From positions 186,001-250,000 of the forward strand of contig JAMWBK010000007.1 of the NCBI GenBank assembly GCA_029953675.1: a stretch of DNA of 64,000 bases, written 5' to 3'. The DNA is from Rhodosorus marinus CCMP1338. Taxonomy: Eukaryota; Plantae; Rhodophyta. Below the pieces are notes generated by a model that saw nothing but the letters and a program-made list of their open reading frames with translations, ran no database searches and was not told where the DNA came from. Of the stretch, positions 34,801-47,866 are shown piece after piece (positions within the stretch are counted from its first letter, which is position 1; every line of letters begins with the position of its first letter). The translations under genes were made by a program, and so were the position numbers.

Positions 34801-37800
34801 ATAGGGCGAAAAGCTCAACGCCAACAGATGCCCCAGCTCCGCCTCCACCACCCCCACCGAGGGCAGAAGCGCCATCTGATGGAACCGTTGCGCCGCCTCC
34901 ACCACTGCCGCCGCCTCCGCCTCCTCCGAGAGCCAGGACTTCAAGCTCTTCGACTGGAGAGAACGCTGCACCCCCACCGCCGCCTCCGCCTCCTCCGAGA
35001 GCCAGCACTCCAAGCGTTTCGACTGGAGAGAACGCTGCACCCCCACCGCCGCCACCGCCGGTGCAGAGGGCGAGCGGGTCATCCGAGGGAACGGCCCCTC
35101 CGCCACCGCCGCGGGCACCTCCCGGGGTAGGAGGAAGCGGAGAAGGGACATCCCAACCGGCCCCTCTGCCTCCGCCCCCGCCACCTCCCGCGGGAGCAAG
35201 TGCCTCCACGACGGACCCGGTAGCAGTGCCACCCCCACCTCCTCCGCCACCGCCCAGGGGAGCAAGTGTCTCCGCGACGGGACTGGTAGCAGTGCCACCC
35301 CCACCTCCTCCGCCACCGCCCAGGGCCTCCGAGACAGAACCGGCGGCAGTGCCACCCCCACCTCCTCCGCCGCTGCCGAGGAAAACCGATGCGAACGCAG
35401 ACTCTGTTACTGCACCACCTCCTCCAATGAGTTCGTTTGGTACGCCGGCGCTGCCTAAGGCAGATCCAAGTGCACCAGTCTCCGGACCGCCGGAACCCCC
35501 TGGAGTCCCCGCACCACCACCTCTCGCGGCCGGAGGAATAGCTCTACGAAAAGCTGCTCCGATGCAAAAAAAGCGAAAGGACGTGAAGGCTCTCCATTGG
35601 CAGACGATTCCGTCGCATCAAATTCAGAACACTATATTTACGTACGCAAAACGCCAACCCAGAACGCTCTCACAGCGCCGCCGATGCATAGTGTTTTGGT
35701 AAGGACGCTTCTGACACGAAAAGGGATTTTCTCCGCCGACTGCAAACCAGGACTGTTCAGACGGACTCTGCTGAGAAGGAGCTGGCGAAGAGAACCAAAG
35801 AGTTGGAAGAGCTTTTTAGCAATGCCGCGAGCAGACCACAGCCGACGCAAGCGGTTGCATCGAACCCGACTGGTATGCAGCAAACTGCGTCCGCTGGTGT
35901 ACTTGAACCGAAACGCGTAATGATCTTCGAAATTGCGCTGAAGAAGTTTGAGGTAGGTGGTAAAAAGGAATTGATGTCACGGGCTTATTTGATAGCTTTG
36001 AAAGTAGCGGCTACTCACGGCGATGTTGCTTGCGCTCTATCTGCTCTGATTTTCTCAAGGTTGAACCGGAGCAGATTGTCCGAGCCGTGAGCATGTTGGA
36101 TCCGGAAGGAGACTACTTGTCCGAGGATAATGTCAGTGTTCTGCAGACACTCAAAGCAGCCGAAGACGAAACCACCAGGGCAATGGCTTACGGCGGCGCT
36201 GATGCTCAAATCGCGAAGCTCAGTAAGAGCGAGCAGTTTATTATCTATATGTCGCGCGAGCTGCGCTGGACAACTAAGTTGAAGGCCATTCAAGCTATTC
36301 GCAACTATCGACAGTATGCGGATCGCCTTTACGAGATGATGGACAGTGTCATGAAGGCCTCCGCGGAGGTTCGTGAAAGCGACAAGTTCCGAACCGTTTT
36401 AGGAAGTATACGCTGCACGCCACCGCATATAGCCGTCAGCAACGGAAGAAACTGAAACTAGCTCTGCTGTAACGCCCGCCAAAAAACAGTCGTTTTATGG
36501 TTTGGCAACTACTTGAACCAGGGCACTCGGCGAGGAAAAGCTAAAGGCTTTAGATTGAGCGCTCTGCCCAAGCTCGCTGAGGTACGCTCCAAGGAGAAAG
36601 GAACAACTCTACTCCAGTATATGGTGGCAACAACTGCGAAAAAGGAGCCAGAACTCCTCAGCTTCCCGGAGGAGTTCGTTAGGGTGAAGGGCGCGTCGAG
36701 GATAAAGAAGGAAGACATCAGCATGGAGCTCTCCGAGTTTGACGTCTACATGAGGCATCTGACGTCCGAAACGAAGGCAATTGTCAAGGAGCACAACCTG
36801 CCGGAGCAGCTGTTGGATGGTCCGCGACGTACGTTCCACTCTCAAAAATGACCCTCTGCCTTGGAAATCGTCCGATTACCTCTGACTTTGTACCGCCCTG
36901 TACCGACGTTTTCCAAGAACAGCCAACGCTGCTCCCGTAGACATTCAGAAGATATTGGATCGATACTTTGTTGCGGAGAAGTCGCTTTCGGAGCTCAAAG
37001 GAATGTACGACGAGATGGTTGCTGAGGTTAAAGAGCTTGCGCTTTACCTCGGGGAGGAAAGCAGGAACCCGCGCTCGGAGGAGATTTTCGGAACTCTGAG
37101 TGCCTTCATGGAATCCTTTGTCCAATGCCGAACAATCGTTTTGGAGCAGGAGGAGAGGGCTAAGAAAGCAGCGAAGAAGGCCCAAAAAAGCAAAGGCACC
37201 CCTCTCGAGACCGGTGAGAGCCTTGAAAACAAAGGGAAGGAAGCGGCAGGCAATGCTGAGGCTACGGCCAATGTTGTAGCTCGCACTGGTTCTTCCGCCG
37301 ATGGAGCTGCAGAACCTGTGGCCGAGATAGGCTCTGAAAATCAGCGCGATACGGGGGTCCCTGTCAATGGCAAGAGCAACGTAAACACTGTTGTGGATTC
37401 TGCGGACGTGGTCGCGGATAGCGTTGGGAAGCTCACAACAGAAGATTTTGTTGAAGACTCCGACTTGCATTTCGCTGCTGAGAAACTGAGTATCGAGCAA
37501 GCTTCACCTCCCGTCGCCGTGGAGGAAACAGCTGTGCAGATAAAGCTAGAGCAAAACACGGTTGAACAGGGAAACCGTGAGAACCAGACGTCTGTGGGTG
37601 AGGAGCAAGGAGAAGAGAACATGCCACCTGGTTCGTCTGCTAACGTGGATGTCCAGCGATTGGAGACCGAGGAAACTCCTGAATTTTTGAGCCCGGAAAA
37701 TCCTAAACAAGCAATACCAGAGACAAGTCCGGTCCCGGAATCTGGGCTCGATGTTAAGCCAGCGCCTCAGGGTAGCGCAGGAGTCGCAAGCGGCATGCCA

Positions 37801-38016
37801 GCGGAGGGTTCCAACCTTAATAGCCTTCAAGGTGACGGGTCATCACACGTTGACCCTCAGCAAATGCCAGAAACCACAATGCATTCAGTCGAACTTGGTC
37901 AAGTGAGGTCAGAATCACCAGACATCGACTCTGAAGTCGAACTGGCGGAGACTGATGACGATTTCTTTGAGGAGGATGACGCCGAAGTCTGGAATCGACT
38001 GAACAGCGATAATTGA
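31876..38016 (+). CDS. Formin with PTEN-like pseudophosphatase and C2 N-terminus, polyproline FH1, FH2 and an acidic C-tail, multi-exon
   Basis: PTEN-C2-like exons (NPIIRFYVF, LFSIAQHTSFL, DFTVDVFL), FH1 polyproline at about 34630-35525, FH2 motifs KALHWQTIP, ELEELFS, IFEIALKK, GNYLNQGTRRGKAKGFRLSALPKL, TLLQYMV, LYLGEE...EEIFGTLSAF. Confidence 0.93.
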
Positions 38017-38392
38017 GGTTGCGGAAAATGCACAACAAAATCTGAGCAGTTTCGAATCGTCCCCGTGAAAAGCGTCACCTTCATGCAAGGAGTCTTCGCC
38101 AGCACAATACAGAAGAAAAGTCAACAATTTTGTGCCCTTTCGGGCTTTTTCGCTGGTCCCGATTCCTTTTTATGCCTCCGAACATGCTAGCACCAGCTCT
38201 ACCGCACAGGATTGGTTTCTCTATTTGGAAGAAGACTTTGTTTTGAGAAGTTTGATGCTACTGATCACAGTCTATGTGTACATATATATAAAACTGAAGG
38301 ATTTTCTGTAGTTAGATTTTTTGGAATCGTATTGGAACCAGTGTTCCAGAGGCAGAGTTGATGCCACAGCCAGTCAGGTAAGACTGTCTAGC

Positions 38393-39928
38393 TTAGAACG
38401 GGCTGATGCATGGATCAAGGAGAGGTTCAGCGAGGGCCGTTCGAAGCCAGCGCGATTGGCGATTTCGGAAGAGCAGAAAGACCTGACGCGTGCCTCTTCG
38501 CTTCCTCGTCCCGGCGGTGCCGCGAAAGAGATCACGAGCGCGGATTGCGTAGAGCCAAGCCGATGAAGCAAACCCGCGCCCGCGCAGCAGGGAATGCGCT
38601 CCAGTGGTAATTGTTCCAACGTGCTTGTCCTCATCCGTAGCGAACCGGCCATTGTACGACGCCCCATACCGCGTCCATTCATCCACGTCATCAGCATTCG
38701 GAGCGAAGATCAGTCCACCATCCCTGGGAATCCCTTTCGCGCCCGCCTTGAGCCGAACCAGAACAATATCCGAGTCCCCAAGTCTCGACGCTGGAGAACG
38801 ATCCACCTTTACCCACCTGTTTTCCAAACCAGGCCGATGTCTCTGCTCATCACCAATATCCAGACGGAACATTTCGTTTATCATATCTCGATCCAGAAGA
38901 AGTCGCTTCCCCTCCCGTCTCCGCTTCTTAACTCTTGACGTGCCAGTCTTCCCTCTGCCCCGAAAGATCCGACTAACATCCCGAGGACAATCATGTGGAT
39001 ACTGCACGCATCCACCTTCGAAGCCAATAGACCTAAGCTCTTCTGCACCGACAGCTACCGCTCCAGAGTAGACCAGCTTGATCCATAAATGCATTGCCCA
39101 TCCGGAAGGAAGCAGCAGATCTAGCCCAGCGCCGAAGCCTCCAGAGAGCAATGGGGTGGTCGGCAGGATCACGACGTAACACGAGCGTTGCGTGATATCG
39201 TCAAGGGCTTCAATGGACGAGGTGCTCGTGAGGTAGCTGTGGTCGCTGTCACGGAAGATCTTCGCCGCAGAGGGCTGGAAGCTTTGACTGAGTTGGATGC
39301 CAAGGGATCGGTTGAGGCAGCGCCTGGCCTCAGGGCCGATCAGTCTAAGGCGAACCAGACGGTGCGTGATGTCCTTTCCAGCTCGTCGTAGGGCACCCAG
39401 CTGAGGGCTTTCTGGATGGGCAAAGACCCAGGGTTGACGGTCTTCTGGACCGGGTTGCTTCATCATCACGCTGCCGAAGCCCGGCTCGGCGCGGATTTTC
39501 GAGTCTGAACTGGGACGAAGCTCAAAGCAGCGAACGAACGAGATGTCCGCGACTACAACACCATGCTCCGCAGCACGAACCGCCGAGCGAGTTCCCCGAT
39601 CGACCGCCCGAAGTGGGATCACCGTCCCACACACTCGCCCCAAATGAAACCTCTTCGCGAACCACACGTGGGTCTCCAAACTCAGGCCTTTCCTCGCTCT
39701 AGCCATCCAAAACGAGCACTTTCCTCGTTTCGCCCTTCTCGAACCTCCATTCCCGTTCACACCCCCGCGCACCCTCCTCCTTCCACCCACCAAATGACTC
39801 TTACTCCGACGACGATGACGCCACTCAATCGACCTCACCCTCACTCCATCGCCAACTAAAACCTCAACTTCTCCAAGTCTGGACCTTCCAATCTCCCAGC
39901 TCCGTATCGTCCCACTACTCAACTTCAT
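38393..39928 (-). CDS. POP1: RNase P/MRP subunit POP1
   Basis: LETHVWFAKRFHL, DRGTRS, DISF, LLLPSGWAMHLWIKLVYSGAVAVG, YPHDCP (POP1 and POPLD motifs). The start codon is uncertain. Confidence 0.88.
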   Translation of the reverse strand: MKLSSGTIRSWEIGRSRLGEVEVLVGDGVRVRSIEWRHRRRSKSHLVGGRRRVRGGVNGNGGSRRAKRGKCSFWMARARKGLSLETHVWFAKRFHLGRVCGTVIPLRAVDRGTRSAVRAAEHGVVVADISFVRCFELRPSSDSKIRAEPGFGSVMMKQPGPEDRQPWVFAHPESPQLGALRRAGKDITHRLVRLRLIGPEARRCLNRSLGIQLSQSFQPSAAKIFRDSDHSYLTSTSSIEALDDITQRSCYVVILPTTPLLSGGFGAGLDLLLPSGWAMHLWIKLVYSGAVAVGAEELRSIGFEGGCVQYPHDCPRDVSRIFRGRGKTGTSRVKKRRREGKRLLLDRDMINEMFRLDIGDEQRHRPGLENRWVKVDRSPASRLGDSDIVLVRLKAGAKGIPRDGGLIFAPNADDVDEWTRYGASYNGRFATDEDKHVGTITTGAHSLLRGRGFASSAWLYAIRARDLFRGTAGTRKRRGTRQVFLLFRNRQSRWLRTALAEPLLDPCISPF

Positions 39929-41668
39929 CCTTCAAACAGATGTGCACAAGCGAACAACCCTACCAGAAATTCATCGGCGCAGCCGATACCATGAAACGAA
40001 GCACCTTCATCACATGCATCCGCGATGCCGATGCCATTCAACATGTCAACCTCAACAAGCAAATCCACAGCTCCTGAGCTTTACTTACAAAAAGTCAGTG
40101 AGCGACTGGGTGCGATAGGGGGTCTAGTTCATCGTATCGTTTACAAGATGACTATTGGAAAAACGTCCGAGTGAGACGATTGGGATCTTGAAAGAGGAGG
40201 CCTAGCAGAGATGCTGCTGCTGCTCGGGCAACCAGCCACGCCTTTGCTTCGGGTGGAGATCGAAAACCGGTGAAGACAGAATGGGGTCTTTCGTAAAAGC
40301 ACCAAAATTAGAAATGTGACTGCTGGAAGTTTCAGAGTGAGTGGTTAACTCTAGGCTAAGTAGCTGGATAGAATAGTGAAGCAAGTAAAAAGAGTGAACA
40401 GGATAGGAACTTTGTGATTCGCCAACTAACAAAGCGAAAAACGACAGTTACAAGGAACCGACGCACGGGTCAAGTCCCAATATTCCTCATCTGGCCAGTT
40501 CTTGAGGATGAAACTCGAGAACGTGGCTTCTAGAATCTATTAGGAAGGTGTCATTAGCTTCGAAGAATGCTTCCGACGACGGCTCAAAAGTAGGTCCTTC
40601 GGGAACACGTCCTTATCAACCGGCCACTGAAGCCATCCCCGCATTAGACGACAGACTGTCCCTAAAACGCGGACAGTCTGTCCTTTTTGGTATGTTTTTT
40701 TCTTTAAATAGGTAAATGGAAAACGTTGAACTTTCGATGACATATTTTAGGGCTGTCGTAAAACGTCCAATTAAATATTGAATATATGAATAAAATACCA
40801 AAATACTCGAGTAGAACTCTTCAAAAAATCTCTCTAATTTAAAGTTTGTCTATCAGACACCTTTTTTTCAATTTTCGTCCGAGACAAGTATTAGTACAGA
40901 AAATAGTACTCTTTAATATTTGATAAACGAAAACATTTTCTTGGTGGTCGTGGTATACCGTCAAAATAGTTTTAAAATAATACTTGTCAGTTCATCGGAC
41001 ATATATTCGACGTTCAATATATGTATATATTGTTCTTTTATTCAATAATTATTATGTACTATTACATGTACTAATGTTTTTATCGGACGAAATGTGACAA
41101 TCTGACTTATTTACTTGTTGGACTTTTGTTGGTGGCGTTGGTAGCGCCATATGAGACAACTTCGAGGAGGAGGTGGGGAGGAAGACATATGGTGTGTGGA
41201 CTATATCTTCGAAAGTTTTCAATAGTTGGATTTGGAGATTCAAAAGCATTCCAGTTCACTAGAATCTTTCCACATATCCAGACGTGTTTGGGTTATGGTT
41301 TAATTGTTTTGGCAGTGAGTACAGAGTGAAGGGGGTTGGCGGAGGTAGTTTCGTTTCGGTAAAGAGGTGAGGAGCCTGGTGGATGGTTTGTACTTAGAAA
41401 GAGCGCCGCTGTTTCCTCCTTTTTTTTGCTTTTTGGATTCGTCCCTGATGATCATAAGCTTTCCAGTCACTTGCTTTTTTACAGATCTAAGCAGTTTTGC
41501 ATCCGGTTATACTCCTGGTTGGGAGGCAAGGAGGCAGAGGAACACTTGGGATCGTTTGCTTTGGTGACGAGATGGATTAACGCCAGAGGAAGAGGATTTA
41601 GCAGGTTGTAGAAGAAATTTTTGGTTAGAGATCTGTTTATAGTTTGCCAGGAATTTTGGAGCCGAAGA

Positions 41669-44524
41669 ATGGCGTACCGTCGAGGAGGAGGTAGCGGTGA
41701 GGATGATGAAGTTGAGCAGATGCTAAGTGGATCCGTACGCGGGGAGAACGTTGTAACTGGCGATGTTGGTGAGGCTGTTGAGATTAGTATGGTGGGAGAG
41801 GGTAGTTTAGGGGGCTCGAAGCGCGGGAAGGGAGGCGTTAGGGAGTTCATGAGGAGGAGCTGGACGGTTTTTGCTGAGAAAGTAGGAGCAGAACCCAACG
41901 CTGACGTCGCAATTAGGAGCTGTAATCAGCTGATGTTTTTATCGGTCATCGCGTTCTGTGTTATCGTACTCCCGATCCTTCTAGCTGACGATCGCGATGT
42001 TGTGAGCAGTGGAATGAGCCCCGGAGATGGTATGAAAACAAGCACGTCGTCGAATCGCATGTAGAACTCGTGGGATTTTTCTCTGATTTCTTTCTGCTCG
42101 TATTCGGGAGCCCTCCGTTGCACAAAGGTCAACTTGTGCAAGCGCAAGAGGGCAACAAAAACGAGCAGAGCGGGAGCTACGCGGCGATCGCCTGCGACGA
42201 TGTCATCTGTGCGAACATGGCGAAAACAGTTCTGCAGGAGATGAAGGGCAATGCTGTTGATGCCGCCGTCGCGGCGAGTCTCTGTCAGGGTGTCGTTGCC
42301 CCGCACGCTTCCGGACTTGGTGGAGGCTCAGTGATCACTTACTTCATGGCGAGCACGGAAGACGCGGGCTCCATTGATGCACGAGAAACGGCACCGAATC
42401 TGGCAGGCACGGAATCCACCGGCTCAGATGCAGTGTTAAAACCCACCTCGATCGGAATTCCCGGCCAGCTCCGTGGCCTCTACTCGCTCCACCTCCAAAA
42501 GGGTGTTATTGATTGGTACAAGCTGGTCCAGTTATCAGTTTCTCTTGCGAACTCGTCTACGGTATCAAGTGGGCTATCAAGATTCCTGAAGGAAGCTGAA
42601 TCCAGCATCCTCTCTAGCTCAACGCTCCGCAAGGTGTTTGCAAAGCCTAAGATGGAGGAAGAAAACGATTTAAATGAGGATGATGGGTATCTATTTAGTG
42701 GCGGGGATCAAGTAAGCTGGAGCCTCCAAAGTCAACGGATCCAAGAAATGAAACGAAAAGGCTCCCCAGACCAAACGCAGGCGCTCCTCATTGTTTGTTT
42801 TTACTGAAAAGGCGTTTCAGGTACTGGAGGAAGGCGACACGATTTCCAACCCAACACTCGCGACGACTCTTGAACGGATCATGGACGAACCACTGGCCTT
42901 GTATGGATCCCTGGCTGAAAACCTTTCCCACGACATTCACGCGGTTGGCGGTTTCGTCACGAAGGCAGATCTCTTGAAGTATAGACCCGTCCATACGCAG
43001 CCGATCAAGGCGTTCTACCAGGGCCTCCAGGTGCTCACATCGCAGCTCCCAGCTGGTGGGCCGCTCCTCGCCTTTGCTTTGAATTTGCTCGAGGGATTTC
43101 ACCTGGGGAAGAGAGGTAGAAACGGCGATACCTTCCACCTGTGAGCGATCGCGTCAACGAGACCCACGAAAACCATGACCGAGTGGAAGAGCTAACCCCT
43201 TTGTCTCGACTTTTTCATCAACTAGGATCGCTGAAGGACTTAAGCACACGTTCGGTTGGAGGTCGGTTCTGGGAGATCCTGCGTTTGATGAATCCCTCAA
43301 CGAGCTGGTTAGCAATACAATGCTGGGCAAGGAGTATGCGATGCAGTTGAGGTCAACGATCCATTTAGACTCCGTGAAGAACTCTTCTGAATATACTTAT
43401 GGACGAGCTGAACCGAATACGATGAGAGTAAGCCCGATGGAGCTATAGCCGTCCCTCGTTTCCTCAAAGCTACTGCTGATATCTCTATTCTGGACTTGGG
43501 TTATCTCCCAACTAGGATCGAGGAACATCTCACGTGTCCGTGATCGACGAGGAGGGCAACGCCGCTTCGATCAGTTCCTCTTTAAACTACGCATTGGGTT
43601 CCAGGTTCATGTCAGAGTCGACGGGGCTCGTCATGAATAACGCCCTTGTAGGGTTTTCTCCTACCCAATTGGATGCTGGCCACGCTGTCCAGGACTCCTC
43701 AAGGAACCGGATAATGCCCGGCAAGCGCGCCTTGTCCTCCCTGTGCCCGACGATAGTTTTGCGGAATTCAAGACCGTACATCGTCACTGGTGGAGAGGGT
43801 GGACCCAACGGCATCTCTGCGGTGCTCCAGGTGTTAATCGGCATACTGGAGTTTGGTCTCAGCGCTGGGCAGGCAGTATCGGAGCCGAGAATCCATCATC
43901 AGCTTTTTCCGGACAACTTGAGAATGGAAGCTATTGACCCGGACACATGCGGCATCGTCAAATCCTACACGAGAACAGATAAATTGGTGAGGTTCTCCTA
44001 AACGGAAATCAATTCACTTGCATCAATCATCTCGGAAAGCCGCGACAGAGTTTTGCGTGGGGATAACCACGCAGATGCTGTGATCGTCCCGTGGACGCAT
44101 TTGCTTGGCCCTCGTAGTGATATTGATGAGCTGGCTACGCGTTTGTCTGGACATCAGGGTCTCGGTTTTAAAGTACAAGCAAAGTCTTGACAGCAGTCAC
44201 CTCTCTTGTCGTGTTCTCTTCTAGGGGACGCCGTCTTTCTGGTCAGACGTGTGCTTGGCGCTGAAGGCTAAGGGCCACAACACCACGGTAGGCAATCATC
44301 CGCCTGAGGAAAGTGTTCTTTATTTGCGCTTTTGGCTCGATATCTGAATGCTACTGTATTGGTCACCGTTCTCATAGTTCACATCGTCTATCGGTTCCGT
44401 AAATACGGTGGTCCGTGTTGGCTCCAAGGCTCTGTCATCCGAACAGAACAACACAGAGACCTCACAGGCGCTGTTGTTCGCTACCGCAGATGCGAGGAAG
44501 ATCGGTGGAGCAGCAGCGTACTAG
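41669..44524 (+). CDS. GGT: Gamma-glutamyltranspeptidase (type II membrane), multi-exon
   Basis: N-terminal TM, GNAVDAAVA, PHASGLGGG, IDARETAP, IGIPGQLRGL, autoprocessing GTSH-VSVIDEEGNA, PGKRALSSLCPT, EPRIHHQLFP, terminal ADARKIGGAAAY*. Confidence 0.93.
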
Positions 44525-46872
44525 CGGAAACGGAGAAAAGCATGTACCCGGCACGTGCTTCACCCGGGTTTGCTGTGCGGGACTGCGATCTTCCAGATCA
44601 TCATTCCTGGGTACTGTTGTAAAGATGGCCTGACAATGATACCTCATACGTACATGTACTGGACGTATGCTCATCATTGTGAACAGCGAGCCATCGCAAT
44701 GTAATTTTCAGAATATCATACACCCTGCCAGGTGGAAATGGCAAATGAGTTCTAAACAAAGAATTATTTGATAATACGAATTCTTTTTTATTCAAATAAT
44801 ATTATTTTAAGAGCTATTTGTTTCTTTTTACTAATTTATCAGTAAATATCATGCTTTGTAAGAATAAATAATCACCCTCTTTGTTTTCTTTCAAAATATG
44901 TATATGTGCTGTCCGCTGGCTCTTTTCCCCATAGTGAGGTTCCCCACTCCTACTTCCGGCTACCCTTCTACTACGAAGTGCAACTCCGACTTAAGTACCG
45001 AATCTAGTTCTCGACTCCTAAGCCTGAATCTAAGCATCTAAACCCTTCAGTATCTCATTATCTAGAAGGTACACAAGATTAGCATCTGCCGGATGCCGTC
45101 CAAACTAATCTTCAGATTGCAAGTCCATGAAGAAAACTTGCTACCTCTGATAATACTAGATCAGGTCTGAAAAACTCTAGCTGAGCCTTCTGTGTTCAAT
45201 TCCAATTCGTTTGCTTCCCTCTCGGGACCATTCGACCTCCGGGTTTGGCACCTGCTTCTCAATTCAGTTGCCTTCGATTCCATTGAGGATGACTCCTCAA
45301 CATCTATTTGAAATCCCTTCTTCATAGGGATGTGCGAGGGTCGAACGGGGGAACTTCCTTAGCGTCGGTAGGAGCTTCAGCGCAGACGTTCTGCTCATAT
45401 CGGAGCCTCGCCGTCGCGTGCCAAAATCATGCGCCGCCGTAACCAAAACCCCTAAGCTGAAGCGCTTACTGATGCTAGGGTACTTCGATCGGCCCAGTGC
45501 AATCCGTTGTACTCCTCGTCGTTGAAGTTTTTGGGTGTATGGACAGTGCTGGCGTCCTCTGCATGCATGAGCACGGGAGGGGGCAACTTAATGTTCGGTA
45601 GCGGTTCCAATCTCTTCTTAGATTTGTCCCTTTGGCAGAATTCAGCGGCCGCCCTACTTCTTGAGGCTCAGTCCTTGCGCCGAGTGTTTTTCTCCCTTCT
45701 CGAGGGGTGCTAGCCCTTAAATAAAGTCCTCGGATTCAACGCGCCATTGAGTATGGTGTGCACTAGCAAACCATCTCATGTTCAGTTCAAGCTGGATATC
45801 AGCAAGCAACCAGAGGAAGAAAACATAAGATGATGAAGAAACCCAACTTGCAATAGCGCATGATCCGAACAGCTGCACCTCGCTCTCGATTAAACCCAAC
45901 TGTCTGCAGTCGCAGAGAACAACTAACGCGAGGATAAGGGGGCAGAGTCAGATCAACACGCGTACGACGGAGACTGTCCGCGCTCTCCATGCCAAGATCA
46001 GCTTCGTGTACGGACGGGGACTTCAGAATCATCGGCTCGGTTGCCGATGCTGGACAGCGGAGTTCGCCCGGGAGAGTGAGGAGGATGCCCTTGGGGGTGG
46101 TTGTAGTGGCGGTGAGGAGGCCAATAGCGGAGGGACACTCGAGGGCGCAAAACCCGCTATGAGACCAATATGGGTTTCTACAATTGGAACCTAAAGCGGT
46201 TTCAAACGCGGTCAATATTCCTAAAAGACTGATTTAGTCAGTGAGGAGTAGCGGCTAAAGCTGGAGTATAAGAGGACGTATGTTAAAGCGTCACCATGAA
46301 ATTCTGAGTTAAATCGCTGGATACCATCGACTACCTGGATACCATCGACTAGTTCTTTTGATGGAGATTGAAAAGCCCCTTTTCGAGTCCGAGATTCAAT
46401 GGCAGGTGACACTTATATGATTTTTTGGAGTTCATTAAGTAAAATAAAAGCAAGTAAAAGCCCCGATTTATGCAAAATTTGAAGATTGTCGGAATTGGTA
46501 CAGTACAGGTAACTATTTTCGTGCACTCTGTATGTAATTATTAAATAAATAACTATTATTTGTACACTGGCCAATATTGACATATGGAACATGGGTCGGT
46601 CGGACCAGGTGGGGAACTGTGAGTTTGAAGCGAGGGCGAAAGGACACTACTATTCCGCTGGCGCGAACCCTCCGGTAAAATACGCCAGGAATATTCTTCT
46701 CGAACGGGAACTCGCAAGTGATGCTCTGGATATCTGCACCCACGAGCGAGCTCGTTTAAGCCGTTCGTTCTCCAAGCTCGCCAGGGTAATCCTACCTGCC
46801 GTTGATTGATATGAGACGTCCCTGGAGATGGAATCGATGAAATTTGCAGACTGCTTAATACAATTTACAGCT

Positions 46873-47136
46873 TCACTTCGGCAAACCAGCGAGGGGTAAA
46901 CCGCAAGCCTTTAGAATTCGGATTAGAAGTTTGAACCGTGCTCCTTGAGTCAAAGGAGATTGAGAGAGAAGAGGCACATAAAACTGGCGAAACAGTACAC
47001 CATACCAATATGAAGCGATACGAATCATCAACGCTGAGTCCAATGCCGCGTCCAAGCACTCTCCGGTCAACTCAATCAGGTCCTCTACCCTCAACCGCGG
47101 CACCCTCAAAATATTAACATAAGACCATACATTCAT
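46873..47136 (-). CDS. Hypothetical protein (first exon or whole 87-aa ORF)
   Basis: ATG ORF MNVWSYVNILRVPRLRVEDLIELTGECLD... preceded by a G/T-rich leader like those of real genes here, divergent from the cullin. No homology recognised. Confidence 0.3.
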   Translation of the reverse strand: MNVWSYVNILRVPRLRVEDLIELTGECLDAALDSALMIRIASYWYGVLFRQFYVPLLSQSPLTQGARFKLLIRILKACGLPLAGLPK

Positions 47137-47866
47137 CCCATTCACACCAATTTCCCATTATATGTACACATCATCAATGCACATTTATTACAAAAATCTT
47201 ATACAAAAACACCTCACCCCCCTAAGCAGAACTCCCCCATTCACACTAATCCTATAATAACTTAATTTTAGAACCATATATTTCTAATAAACCCAACCAA
47301 AAAAAGCAAAATCCGGACATTCTCTCTAGATTATCCTTAACTTAAGAAATAGTACTTTTATTTTAGTAGATTAATGTTGAGTCCAGATGGGGCCCAGATC
47401 TTTTTTGCTTGGTTTTTTGGGGGGTGTTCGTGGTTTTCCTGAAATTTTTTGTTGGCCAAATGTCAAGGAGCTTATATTGGGAGAATGTTCCTTTCGCTAT
47501 AGTTGTGAGGGTTGGAGATTGAAGAGGAAGGTGTCAATGGAAGCGAGAGGGTATTTGGGGCGGGTGCTTGGTGAAGGGCTTTGAGGGGGTAGAGGGGGTG
47601 GGAGGAAGGCAGGGTGGGGGGGACGTAAGTAGTTTGGGTTTGTGGGACTGTTGTGTAGTTTTTTGAGGATTAGGGTTGGGAGTCTATGGAGTCTTTTTTT
47701 CCCTCCCTTTTTCACGTGTTCGGAAGGCGTCAAGTTTTCGTTTTCGTTGGTTGAGGGTTGTGGGAGTAGATTTTCTTGTTTTTGAAAGGGTATTTAAGAA
47801 CCTCCTTTTACTCGTTCTATTTCTGGTCGGGAGGTGGGTGTGCGTGTTGTTTGGGTTTGAGGAGGA

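Noticed and set aside
34589-35361. Gly-rich and Ala/Glu-rich minus-strand ORFs
   Set aside because: They are antisense shadows of the formin polyproline FH1 region.
36784-37500. 238-aa minus-strand ORF
   Set aside because: It is an antisense shadow of the formin FH2 and C-terminal exons.
40650-40682. Hairpin as a Helitron 3' end
   Set aside because: No CTRR terminus follows it at the expected short distance on either strand.
44900-46215. Coding-like GC-balanced stretch with short ORFs
   Set aside because: All frames are repeatedly interrupted and no family is recognisable. It may be a pseudogene, but I cannot support that.
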